Assembly: GCF_000315625.1 (NCBI RefSeq)
Contig: NW_005434654.1
Coordinates: 864,593-928,592, forward strand
Length of the DNA: 64,000 nt
Origin: Guillardia theta CCMP2712
Lineage: Eukaryota > Protista > Cryptophyta
Reading direction: 5' to 3'
A program made the translations under genes and the position numbers. The notes beneath the pieces were generated by a model. It did no database searches. It was not told the DNA's origin and was given only the letters and a program-made list of their open reading frames with translations. Positions 24,627 through 35,449 of the stretch are shown here, piece by piece; position 1 is the stretch's first letter; each line of letters begins with the position of its first letter.

Positions 24627-27600
24627 ATGACAGAATATAATACTATCTTTGAAACAATCATCGTCTTGTCTCTCTCCGTCTCTACCTTCGCCCTCCGTAA
24701 GTACCGGCTGCCTGCCCCCCATCCTGTGCCTGCTTAACCCCTCTTCCCTCTAGCTCTCCAATGGCAGCTCATCCAGCCCGGTGGATCCGGTCCGTCCCCT
24801 CGCTACGCCTACGCCACTACAACGCTCAGCACTTCTGAAGGCTTCGTCTTCCTCCATGGCGGGTATGTACAAGCCTGACCTGCACTCCCCCGTGCGACTC
24901 ACTGTACTGCTTGCAGGATCAACAACATAGGAAGCTCCATGGTAGTGCTTGGGGATACTTGGAAGTATGACTCGGCAGCCAACAGCTGGGAGGAAGTAGT
25001 CTTCTTCCCGAACCATACGATCTACGATGCTCAGTGTGCTGCGAGCACCATCAACCGGCATGTCCCCGGCCCGCGTGCACAGCATACGATGATATCGGTG
25101 GGGGCGTCGGCCCTCCTGTGCGGAGGCTTCGCGACACCGCAGAAATCATCCATGGGGAGAGGGCTGCTAGACTGCTGGAGGTTTATCATCAGCCCGCAAC
25201 CCACGTGGGACCCGATGCGGTTCGACGGGCCTGGGCCCGAGAACCGGTACGGCCATAGCATGGCATATGACGACAGGAATCAAGTTGTTTTCGTCTTCGG
25301 GGGAGTGGGGATGGCCGTGGGCAAGAGTCTGAACGACTGCTGGTACCTCAACGTGTCCTCTCCTACCACGCGGACATGGAGCAGCTGCAACCCCACAAGC
25401 TCTCTACTCCCCCATCCTCGGCATGGGCACGCCAGTGCATTCCATGTCAGTCTGCAGGAGCTCTTTGTCTTTGACGGGATAGTAGACGATGGGGAATCGC
25501 AGACCCCTCAGTCCAGCTTCTGGGTGCTCAAGCAGTACACCAATCGATCAGCCGCGCGATGGGTAGAAATCATGCCCATCTCGGCCTCACCATCGGCTCG
25601 AGCATACCACGCCATGTGGATGGCCGGGTTTCAGATCTATGTACACGGCGGGCAAGGCCCCGAAGGCGTGGGAGCATCCTCGGTAAGTCTTGGACTCTCG
25701 TGTCGGGGATGCTGGCGGGGTCATGGCGCCATGCGCTGATGTACATGTCACAGGTCCTGTCGGATACATGGATGTTCGACATCCTGACTCTCGTGTGGAG
25801 TCAGTACGGGTCGTCAGACGCGTCGCCGCTCGCGAGCTACATATCGAGCGGCGTAATCTCTTCGACGGAGGTGATGATCTTCGGCGGTCTTGACAAGGAC
25901 TCCTTGGCGGCTGGTCACCTGGCCTTGTTCAAGACATCCAGCGGCTGGCAGTCAGGTGACGGGCGGGGCTGCGCCCTTGCTGGTCGAGTGTCTGATACGC
26001 TGCTGCAGCGCTGCAGACCGGAAACAGCCCCTCGGCTCGGTGTGGGCACGTCGCGTTCTATGACTCGACGTCATCGACCATGTACGTTGCTCAAGGGATG
26101 TCTGAGCAGGAGATCTTCCAAGACCTCTGGGCCCTCGATCTTTCTGCTCAGACTTGGCGATGCATCTACGGTACGGATGCCTCGTGCGCGGCCAAGCCGC
26201 TTCAGGTGTACGCCCCCGAGCCGCTCGTGTTTGCGGCGTACACGAGCGAGGGATCATACCAGTTTGTCTTCGGCGGTCTTCGACCAGCAGGGTCTCAATG
26301 CTCGAACGCAGCCGGGTCTATCCCGGGGTTCCAGAGCACCAGCACGATGTGGAGTCTGAGCATGTTCACCCTGGAATGGAAGCAGGTTCAAACAGCAAGC
26401 TCGTGGCCGACGGATCGCGCGTTCGCTACCCTGACAGTCATGGAGTCGTTCGGACAGTACTTGAAGCCCATCGTCTTGTTCGGAGGAGCGTCCATCGACT
26501 GTCCGGGCAAGCAAGGGAGCTGCAACCTCCCTCAGCCCAGGAATGACTTGTGGGTCATGGACTCGGCAGAAGCGGTAAGCGCCTGCTCGTGAGAGCGATG
26601 CTTGGTACTGACAGAGGGCTGGATGTCTCAGGAGTCGAGCGCCAAAGACAAGATGGCAAGCTTCGATGGGATCACCAGCATCATAGCCATGACCCTGCCT
26701 TCCTGGTAAGCCAGCAGCTGATGCGCGAGGTCCTGCATGACGGGTGTGTAGGTGCCAGTCATCGACGGGCTTGGGGACGCTGTGGATCGACATGTGGGTA
26801 CAACTTCAAAGCCAAGATCCAGCTGGCGTTGTGCTGCTTGATGCCTACAACGGGGTACTGTCGTTGCTGCGCTGGACTGTTTATGCCTCGGGCAACAGTC
26901 TCTTCGTGAGGCTGACGCTCTTGCCGGATAGTCAGGACGTGGTGGTGAAGACTTGGGGCCCGATACCAAGCAGCGTGCTGGGCGTGTGGCACCATGTGTG
27001 CTTCACGCTGAGGTTTGGTAGGCTCTACTCACAGACCAACCCCTATCCCGACGCTGTGCTGACGCAAGCATTCATGTTTCTTGACGGCAGCAGCGTGTCA
27101 GAGCAGGGAAGGAACTTCTTGTCTCTTGACATCAGCAACTCCCTCCGCTTGTCACAGGGCATCTCCGACATCTACATCGGAGGGGGAAACCCGGCGGCCT
27201 CGGAGACGCTCAAGCTGTTCAAAGGCTACATTGATAACTTCCGTCTTTGGTGGCCCGCATGCCCGGATCTTTCTGATCCCTCGCGCTGTAACCCCTACGC
27301 CTTTCTGTACCCCATGGACAAGACTGGCAAGCGGACGCCGGCTGCACGAGATCCTGTGAGCGGGCTTCCCATGCAGGTGCTCTCAAGACTCTGCGATGAG
27401 CGTGTGCGCGGGATGGCCAGTGTGCTGATGATGATGGCAGGACTACGACGTGCAGATGCATCACGTTGCCAAGCCTGTCAAGGAGAGCATGTACAACACG
27501 TCGGTCGGGTCCTCGTACAGCAGCCTGCTTCTGATCGAGCTGACGTTTGATCAACCCATTCGCAATGGTCTGGTCGTGAACACAGCTACCGGCGGAGGCT

Positions 27601-30600
27601 CGGAGTGTCAAAGTCAAAACTTGACGGACTACTGCTCGGGCTGCCCCCGTGCAGACTCGTGTACCTTCGGGAACTGCGAGTACTTTGACACGGACTGTGC
27701 AGCCTCTCAAATGAGCGATACGAGCTTTCAGACTGCGATCTCGCAGACCGGTATCTGCCAGTGCCAGGACATACCGAACTGCCCCAAGGACGTGCCAGCC
27801 TGTCTGTGCCCGACCAATCTGTATCGGGTGTGCTCGGTTTGTAACCCCAACATCGGATACACCGACGAAGGAGTCATCTGCTCGCAGAATGGCGGCCCTC
27901 CTTTTCTTCCCAAGTGCGGCCCTGGAAAGACCAACTCGTTCGCTCCGGACTGGTGCCCCTCGAGCTACTGCATCAGCTGGACGTGCTCTTGCTTTGACCC
28001 CAAGACCATGTCGGGCGTGTACGGAGGGATGCCTTCAGTCTCGTCGGGCGTAGGGACTTGCCCATCTGCCTGTCCCGTGTCCCATTGCGGAAACAATACC
28101 AAGGACCCATGTTGCAGCACCCAGGGAATCTGCTACTTCAAGAACTCAACGCACTGTGACGTACCGGGCTCCAGCACGTATCCCCTTCAGCAAGTATGCC
28201 CCTGCACTCAGACTACACCAAAGGGACCAGATACTCAAGCCCCGGGCTCGAGCTCTACACCCAGCATGTACTGCGACGTCACATACACCCAAGACGACCG
28301 AGTGATCATCGACTGCAACATCTCGGCCAGCATGCAACCAGGTCAGTACAGGGGAGACCTGAACCAGCTCAGAAGCAAAAGCGACAAGCAGACACTGGCT
28401 CATGCCCTCTACAAGAAGGACTTGAGAAGCATCGATGAGCTTGAGTCGTTTGTACGAGAGGTGATGGATGGGCGCAAGCGAGAGGGGGTCAAAAGCTCAG
28501 GCTCGAGGACGCTCAAGGCACTTGGTCTAGACCCTTCAGCTGAAATAAGTTACCAGCTAGATGTCCTTCATCCGTCTGCCAATCACAATGGAACTGCCAC
28601 AACGACAACGTCGTCGAACAGCTCGTCGTCTTCGTCATCATCGAACAGCTCGTCGTCTTCGTCATCATCGAACAGCTCGTCGTCTTCGTCATCATCGAAC
28701 AGCTCGTCGTCTTCGTCATCATCGAACAGCTCGTCGTCTTCGTTGTCATCGAACAGCTCGTCGTCTTCGTCGTCATCGAACAGCTCATCGTCGTCGTCAT
28801 TGTCGAATACATCATCCACCGGTTCGGTGAGCAAGCATACCACCAGTGATTCATCCTCAAACTCGTCTTCTGCCAGTTCGTCGAACCATACTGCTAATAC
28901 CAGCTCCACCACTACCTCAAATGACAAGACAACTACAATAAGTGGAGGTCAATCGTCCGGTGAATCATCAGGCAACAGCTCAAACACCAGCACTACTTCA
29001 AATGACCAGACGAACAATGTTGGAAACTCTCATTTGCCAGCAAGTAACTCAGAGTCAGAATTGTCCACCAACAGCACAACCTCAAATCATTCATCGTCAA
29101 AAAATAACCATACTACAGGCTTGTCTGAATCTTCTGGAAGCAATCCAGGCTCGTCTGCAAATAGCAATTCGAACAGTCAGAGCAATCAGGCTCAAGGTCC
29201 TCCATCCTGCAGCCCATACTATCCCTTCTCATTCACTGGCGACGAGACCACCAGACTCCATGGTGCAGACAACCAGATCACCCTGTCGTTTGTCTTCTCC
29301 TCCAGCCAGGGCAACCAAGGCTCGAACGGTTTCAAAGTTAATCAGCCTGGAGGAACCGACGTGACCATCACCGGGCTCGTGGGCTCTCAGACTGCTGGCA
29401 ACGATACGCTGTTGAACGTGAGCTGCAAGGCTCCTACCTCGACCTACTGCAGCTGGAGCGGAGTCAACAACCCGCAGGCTTCCTGTAAGTCCAATTGCGA
29501 CGGAATAAGTGCGACAGGCGGCAGCTCGACTGCAGGTCAGGTGTTGTGGACTCAGAGCACGGGCACGATCTCCTTCTACATCATCACGGACATGCAGCAA
29601 GATGGCAACCAAGAGCTGTACTTGAATATCTCTCTCACGCTCAAGAACCGTGCTACCGCTCAACCTCCTCGCTTCCCGTCTGCTGCCATGTGCAGGTACA
29701 ACCCAGCGAGTCAGAAAGTCGTCTACTCCAACTCCAACGGTCTGCTCGCCTCCAACGAGTGGATCCTCTCGCAAGACACGATACAACTGCAGTACGAGAC
29801 GACAACCACAGACACACTCTACATCACAAACCTCTCAACCACAAACAACATCAACCCCCGAGTGTCTCTCACTTGGCCAGCGAATGGGTTTGATCGGCGC
29901 ATGTACAACTCGTTGCCAAGCTCGTCGCAGTTCTCTGGGCTCGAGCAAACGAGCTTGGAGTTCTCCTGGCATGGCTCGAGCATGCAAGGGTGGGTGACCT
30001 TTCAGCTAGATCAGAGCGCCATGAGACGACAGGGAGGATGCGTCTCATCCGACACGCTGCAGATCTGTCTCCCTGGATACTCAGCCATCTCGCTGTACAA
30101 CGACTCGCTTCAAGGCTGGGCTACTGTCGACCCTCCCTCCTCCTTCCTTGACTCGAGTGCACTAGTCAAGCTCAACTCCTCCTACTCCTACTGGGCTCCG
30201 ACGACAGTCGTGCCGTGCTGCGACATGGGAGGGGCAGGAAAGTCATGCGGGGAGAAGGTTTGCTACACGAGCCAACAAGCTCATAGCTCGTCGACCATCG
30301 TGATGGGAGGCGGCACCGCTACCAAGATGCCTTCCATCCTACCCACCACCCGACCCGCCATGAGCTCCTTGACGGACTTCGAGCGCTACTTGACCCACAC
30401 GCAAGCAAACAGCTCCAAGTTCGCGTCTAGAGCTCCATTCCTTCAGATCTGTCCAGGAGGCTCCGCGACTTGCTCGCCGACGGTGTTCGATCTGAGCTGG
30501 ATCCCAGCTCGCTTCGGGCATGCCACCGCTGCCGTCTCCAAGAGCAAACTCTTGATATACGGAGGCATCGGGTGCGCGACCTACTCGACATCAGGCGCCA

Positions 30601-33600
30601 GTCAAGTGTGCGTCGCTTTGACGAGCCCCCTCAACGACCTCTGGATGCTCGACCTGCAGAAGGCGCTCAAAGGCTTCAGCCCCTTCACCCTCCTCGAGAT
30701 CAACCCGTCCGGACAGGGCAGAGTCGGCTTGTCACTGTACGCCAGCTTGGCGTCCGGCTATCAAGCCTACACCATCGGGGGCTTGTCTTCGCAGTTCCTG
30801 CCGCTTGCCCTGATCGGCAACTACTCCTTGACGACGTCCATCTCTGATCCGATGACCATTGACGCCTTGGAGTACCTGGTGGGGAAACGCGTGGCGTATA
30901 CCATGAGCGGTGCAGTGCACAGCTTCTTCTCGCAAGTGTCCAACTCCACGCATGCGATTCTGTTCGGAGGCTTCGTGCAAAACTCTCTCAGCAACAGTAT
31001 CTACACTGTAGATGTCTCTTCCTCGAGCCTGTCGCAGGCTCTCTCCAACCTTCCTGTCCTTGCCGAAGGCCCTCCCTCGCGAAGCTACGCGGGTCTGGCA
31101 AGCCTCAACGAGTACACCCTGGTCATGATGGGCGGCACTCAGAATCAGAAGGGACTCAACGACCTCTGGAAGTTTGACCTCTTCAGCCGGTCGTGGACCA
31201 ACGTGGACCAGAGCTTGAAGAGCGAGGTCAAGACCTACTTCGCTTTCACCACCTTCCAGGCCAATCAGACTGCTACTGTCCTCGTGTCCCATGGCGGCAT
31301 CTTGAACAACTTCAAACCAGGCCTGACGTTCGCAGCTCGAGGGGCCATCGCTGACTCCAGCAACCAGGTCACCTCGACGTCAGCTATCTTGGTCTTCAAC
31401 AACAATCAGCTCTCTCAGTTCAAGCTCATCTTTCAAACTAGCGGCGCTTACAGCGTCATCCCTGCGCGCTGCCTGCACACCATCATCAACGATGCGTTCA
31501 TATCCGGAAGTCAGGCCGGGCTGATCTATGGAGGGGTGGACGTGAACGGACAAGCGCTGGGAGACTTCTGGTACCTCGACACAGCGAAGATTGACAACGG
31601 ATACACGATCTCGCTGATCCTCAATGGTGTCACCTCGTCCTTCGACTCCAGCACCTTCTACGGCTTCGTCTCCAGCAACTTCTTCCCTTCTCCGCAGTAC
31701 CCACCAGTAGCAACCACGTCCATGAGCTACATCTACAACTTGAATGCACAAGTCCTCTCTAACAGCAGGTTGAACATCACCTTCGTCACCGGAAGCGATC
31801 TCTTCCGCCAGATCATGACACGTCTGAGTGACTCATCCTCCTGGCAAAACAGTCTGCAGACTTACATGACGCGGTCGTACGCCACAAACAACTCTTTCCT
31901 GCAGACCTCCACCTGGTCCAAGACAAGCTATCTGGGGCAGTACTACATGATTGGAGGAGCAGCACAGTTTTCCCAGCTGAGCTCCTGCAAGTCAGGTAAG
32001 CGCCCTCGCTCGCGCCCTCTTGTCCTTGACTCGACTGGTTCATCTGTGTGCAGGCGCGTGCATGAGAGGCATCTGTCAGAACTTCACCTCCCCGCCCTCG
32101 TCAGTCACCTACTGCTATGGCTCCTCCAACCCCACTGGCTGTACTGCGGGCACCACCAGCTGCTCACTGCCAGGGCCGCTGCATGGACACTCGACCGTGT
32201 CTGTGAACCTGCAGGGAAAGGTGAGTCCCCTTGAGCTCTCGCGGCCCTGGCTCAGACCATGTTGCCCAGTTCCTCCTCCTGATGATGTTCGGCGGAGAGT
32301 CCACCGACCTCGCCAACAGAACCGCGACATGGGACCTCAGCTCCGACGTCCACACGACTTTCTTCTCTTCCAAGCAGGCGACCTTTGCCAAGCTCTACAC
32401 CTCATGCCACACTGGAGGCGCCTGCCCCCAGGCGAGGAGGGATGCTGCCGTTACCACCATGTCCAACTCAGCGAGCAGCAACGGGGTTCTGCTGGTGTAT
32501 GGAGGGTTCGGATGCGGCAACCCCAAAGGATGCGTCGGCTCAGGCATGTACGACCTGATGAACGGAAACTTCCCCACCTACGCGACGGCGTTCAACGACT
32601 TATGGTACCTGATCGCAGCGACTCCGCACCTCGAGGGTTCTCTGACCTCCAAGCTCGCCCAGGTATCTCAACCTTACCAACCTCGACTCTACCTGCGTCC
32701 AACAAGGCAAGTGCACGACGAGCCTGACATGGGTGCTGGTACGCTGACCTGCTCCTGTCGCTCGGCATGCTGAAAGGTTCTCAGGTGGATGTTCCGGGCA
32801 GCAAGCCTTCAGGCAGCATCGCGTCTAGCATCAAGCTCGACAGCATCAACCTCTACATCTACATCTTCGTGAGCCGAGTGACTCTCAAGCTGCAAGTGTG
32901 CTGACGCCTTTGGTGGGCAGGGAGGGACACAAGTGGTCGATGACGTGCCCAAGGACAGCAGCGACCTCTTCGTGTTCCAGACCAAGACGCCTTTCTACAA
33001 GAGCTGCCGCGCCAGTGGCGATGGCCTCACGGCTGCGGTTGCAGGATCGAAATCCTTCTTCTCGCTGTCGTGTCGGGTGAGACCTGCCGGAGGTCAGCGC
33101 GTGCTAGTGACCTGCGATGGTCTTGTTGCAGGACGTCTTCGGTAGAAGCGCAGATGGAGCTAGATTCAGGATCGACGTCACAGGGACCAACCTCCCCAGC
33201 ATGTCCCCATCCACCATCTCCCTTGGCTCGGGAAGCTATCAGTCCGCATACTCGCCCGTCAAGGCCGGAACCTACACCATCTCCATCTACGTCGGCAAAG
33301 GGGGGCAGGAGTACCAGGACCTCATTGCCGGCGATGCGAGCGCAAGCCAGACGAATCCAAACCCATACACCCTCGTGGTGTCCCCGGCAGTCACTTCCCC
33401 GTCCTCTTCTGTGGCGCGGGGAACCTTCCTCACCATCTCGACGGCAGGAACGTCGTCAAGCTTCATCATCACTGCTCGAGACGAGTTTCTCAACCGAAGG
33501 CCCGGTGGAGACTCCGTCTCCGTGCTGCTGACGCTGTGGAATGTAGTCTCTCAAGCTCCTCTCAACCCCTCGGCCTCCCCCAACACAGGAAACGTCGTCG

Positions 33601-34940
33601 ACAACGCTGACGGCAGCTACGGCACGACCTACCGCTTGACGCAATCAGGAAGCTACATGGTCTCCATCTCCTTCGCCGGGGTGAGCGGAGCTGGATCTCC
33701 TTTCATGCTCGAGATCGCCAGCGCTCCAGCTGAGATCGCGCTGACCTACGTGTACGGAGATCTCCTCAACGTCGTTGCCGGTGCGACTTCAACCTTGTAC
33801 GTGCAGACCAGAGACAAGTACGGCAACTTCATACGAGTAGACCCCACAGCCTATCCCAGCGGCTCGGAAGACATCGTCTTCGAGCTGTGCCAGACTATCG
33901 GCAACGACGCAACCTTGCCGTGCTTGGGAGGGAATCAGGACACAAACGTTGGTATCACCATCAGCTACGCCGTCGGACCATCTGGTTCCTCCACTAACCC
34001 GGCTACCGGTCTCCCGTACTACGGCTTATATCAGATCGTCTACTTCCCCTTCAACGAGGGCTCCTTCGTTCCTGAGGTGCGTCTTCCTTGCCTCCAGCTC
34101 GATGGTGACGGCTGCTCAGGTCAAGCACAACTCTACCTACGTCCAGTGCTTCTTCGACACCTCGGGGCTCGGATCGCTGCAAATGGATCCTGGACAAGCT
34201 CGAGCGAACGCGTGCTACGAGCAGGTTTTGAGCCTCTCAGAACTCTTGCCGCTGACCAACAAACAGCTGCAGGCTGCCGGAGCCTCCGCCAGACGATCCT
34301 TGAGCCCGCAGACTCTGTCCGTGCAGAACTCCAGGAGGCTGGTCGGGTCTGGGAACACGAAAGTTGACATCAAAGCAAGCTTCACACCTCCAGGTGAGAA
34401 GCTCCCAGGTCGCTTGCCGCAGCTCACCGTGTCGCAGACAACACGACGCTCCAGTACTGGCTTACCTTCGCTCCCATCCTGTGCGCCGTCGCTGCCGTAG
34501 GGATACAGCTTCTCTGCATGATCGGGCGATTTGCCCTTAACAGAAGACACGGAGCTCGCGAGCTCGTGCAGCCTGCGGATGTCTTGCAGGCAGAGCAGGA
34601 TCTGACGCCGGTCAAGCACAAGGGAGCGGAGGATGCGGATACTTTCCAAGACTTCAAGGTGAAGTCGGCGACGTGTTTGTCAAAGTTGACGCGCCTCAAC
34701 AGGACGTGCTTGGCGAAGATGAGGTAGCAAAGTGCAGGAAACTTGTGGAGGAAGGAGACGTGCGGCTTCTCGGGGCGATGGTGAGCGGAGGGAGGGAGGA
34801 AGCAGGAGAGGTAACTGTCAGTGCAGGACGCGTACAGCAAGACTAAGAAGATGACAGCACGGCTGATGAAGTCCTTGGCAGACCATGAAGAATCAACGGT
34901 TACACATTTGAGAATCCCTCCGTCGGCATGTGTTGAGTAG
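24627..34940 (+). CDS. Giant kelch/LamG/Cys-rich/filamin type-I membrane protein, long-linker copy (B); ~18 exons, ~3,150 aa
   Basis: ATG at 24627 gives MTEYNTIFETIIVLSLSVSTFA-LPLQW in frame. About 17 GT-AG introns (e.g. 24697-24753, 24863-24916, 27377-27440, 31996-32053, 34659-34702, 34781-34826). Same domains as copy A plus a 171-aa longer Ser/Asn/Thr linker. Ends ...MKSLADHEESTVTHLRIPPSACVE* (TAG 34938-34940). Confidence 0.85.
24663..34888. repeat. Right arm of giant inverted repeat (10.2 kb)
   Basis: Matches the reverse complement of 13793-23508 except for the segment 28545-29129 and scattered substitutions. Confidence 0.97.
28614..28808 (+). repeat. Coding 27-bp tandem repeat (TCGAACAGCTCGTCGTCTTCGTCATCA) x7 encoding SNSSSSSSS
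   Basis: Units start at 28614, 28641, 28668, 28695, 28722, 28749 and 28776; the first four are identical and the last three degenerate. Confidence 0.95.
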
Positions 34941-35449
34941 CTAGTATATGAAGTTTGATAGCCAAGAATGTACGCCTCAGTTTCGTGCCGTGACCGAGAG
35001 CCTGGCCTCAGTTCACTAGCGGCCCAGTGCAGCCGGAGCAGGAGCCTGGCTAAGTTCGGCGCGGCCCCCGCCCGGGGGCCGGCCGGGCCCCAGCCCTGCC
35101 GCAGTGCCAGGCTTTGACAGTATGCACGTTACAAATTTTCGAGAACGGTTATAGTTCTAGATTTGTCATGCCACGCCAGCGGCATTTTTTTGCCGGAAAT
35201 GGCCGGCGGTGGAGCAGGAGAGGGAGGGAAAGGGGATGATAGAGGAGAAAGAGGCAGATGTAAACTATGGCATGAGTGATGTTTGCTCATAGAGTTGACG
35301 ATACGATTTTGGAAGACCATTGAGGCTGACCTCCCAGATTATGTGAGATCAGCCTTTTTTCGCTGTAATTCCCTCAAGACAACATGCCGGATTCTTGATA
35401 CTTGATTTACTTTCTTTCGTCAGATTCCACGGTCTATCCCCCCTCAAGA

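Noticed and set aside
28614-28808. 27-bp repeats as a CRISPR array
   Set aside because: The units are directly adjacent with no spacers, lie in frame within a eukaryotic exon, and no cas genes are present.
28583-28927. Minus-strand ORF encoding (DDDEDDELF)n acidic repeats
   Set aside because: It is the antisense reading of the poly-Ser 27-bp repeat inside the long plus-strand exon; there is no independent evidence of a gene.
13793-34888. Giant inverted repeat as terminal repeats of a transposon (foldback or Polinton type)
   Set aside because: The arms are the host-type intron-containing gene itself, the spacer encodes no transposase or integrase, and the outer flanks (…gttagtgg versus agaatcaa…) show no target-site duplication.
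13793-34888. Pure assembly artefact (one gene assembled twice)
   Set aside because: Not favoured, because each copy has its own in-frame start, stop, variable segment and scattered substitutions. It cannot be fully excluded without long reads.
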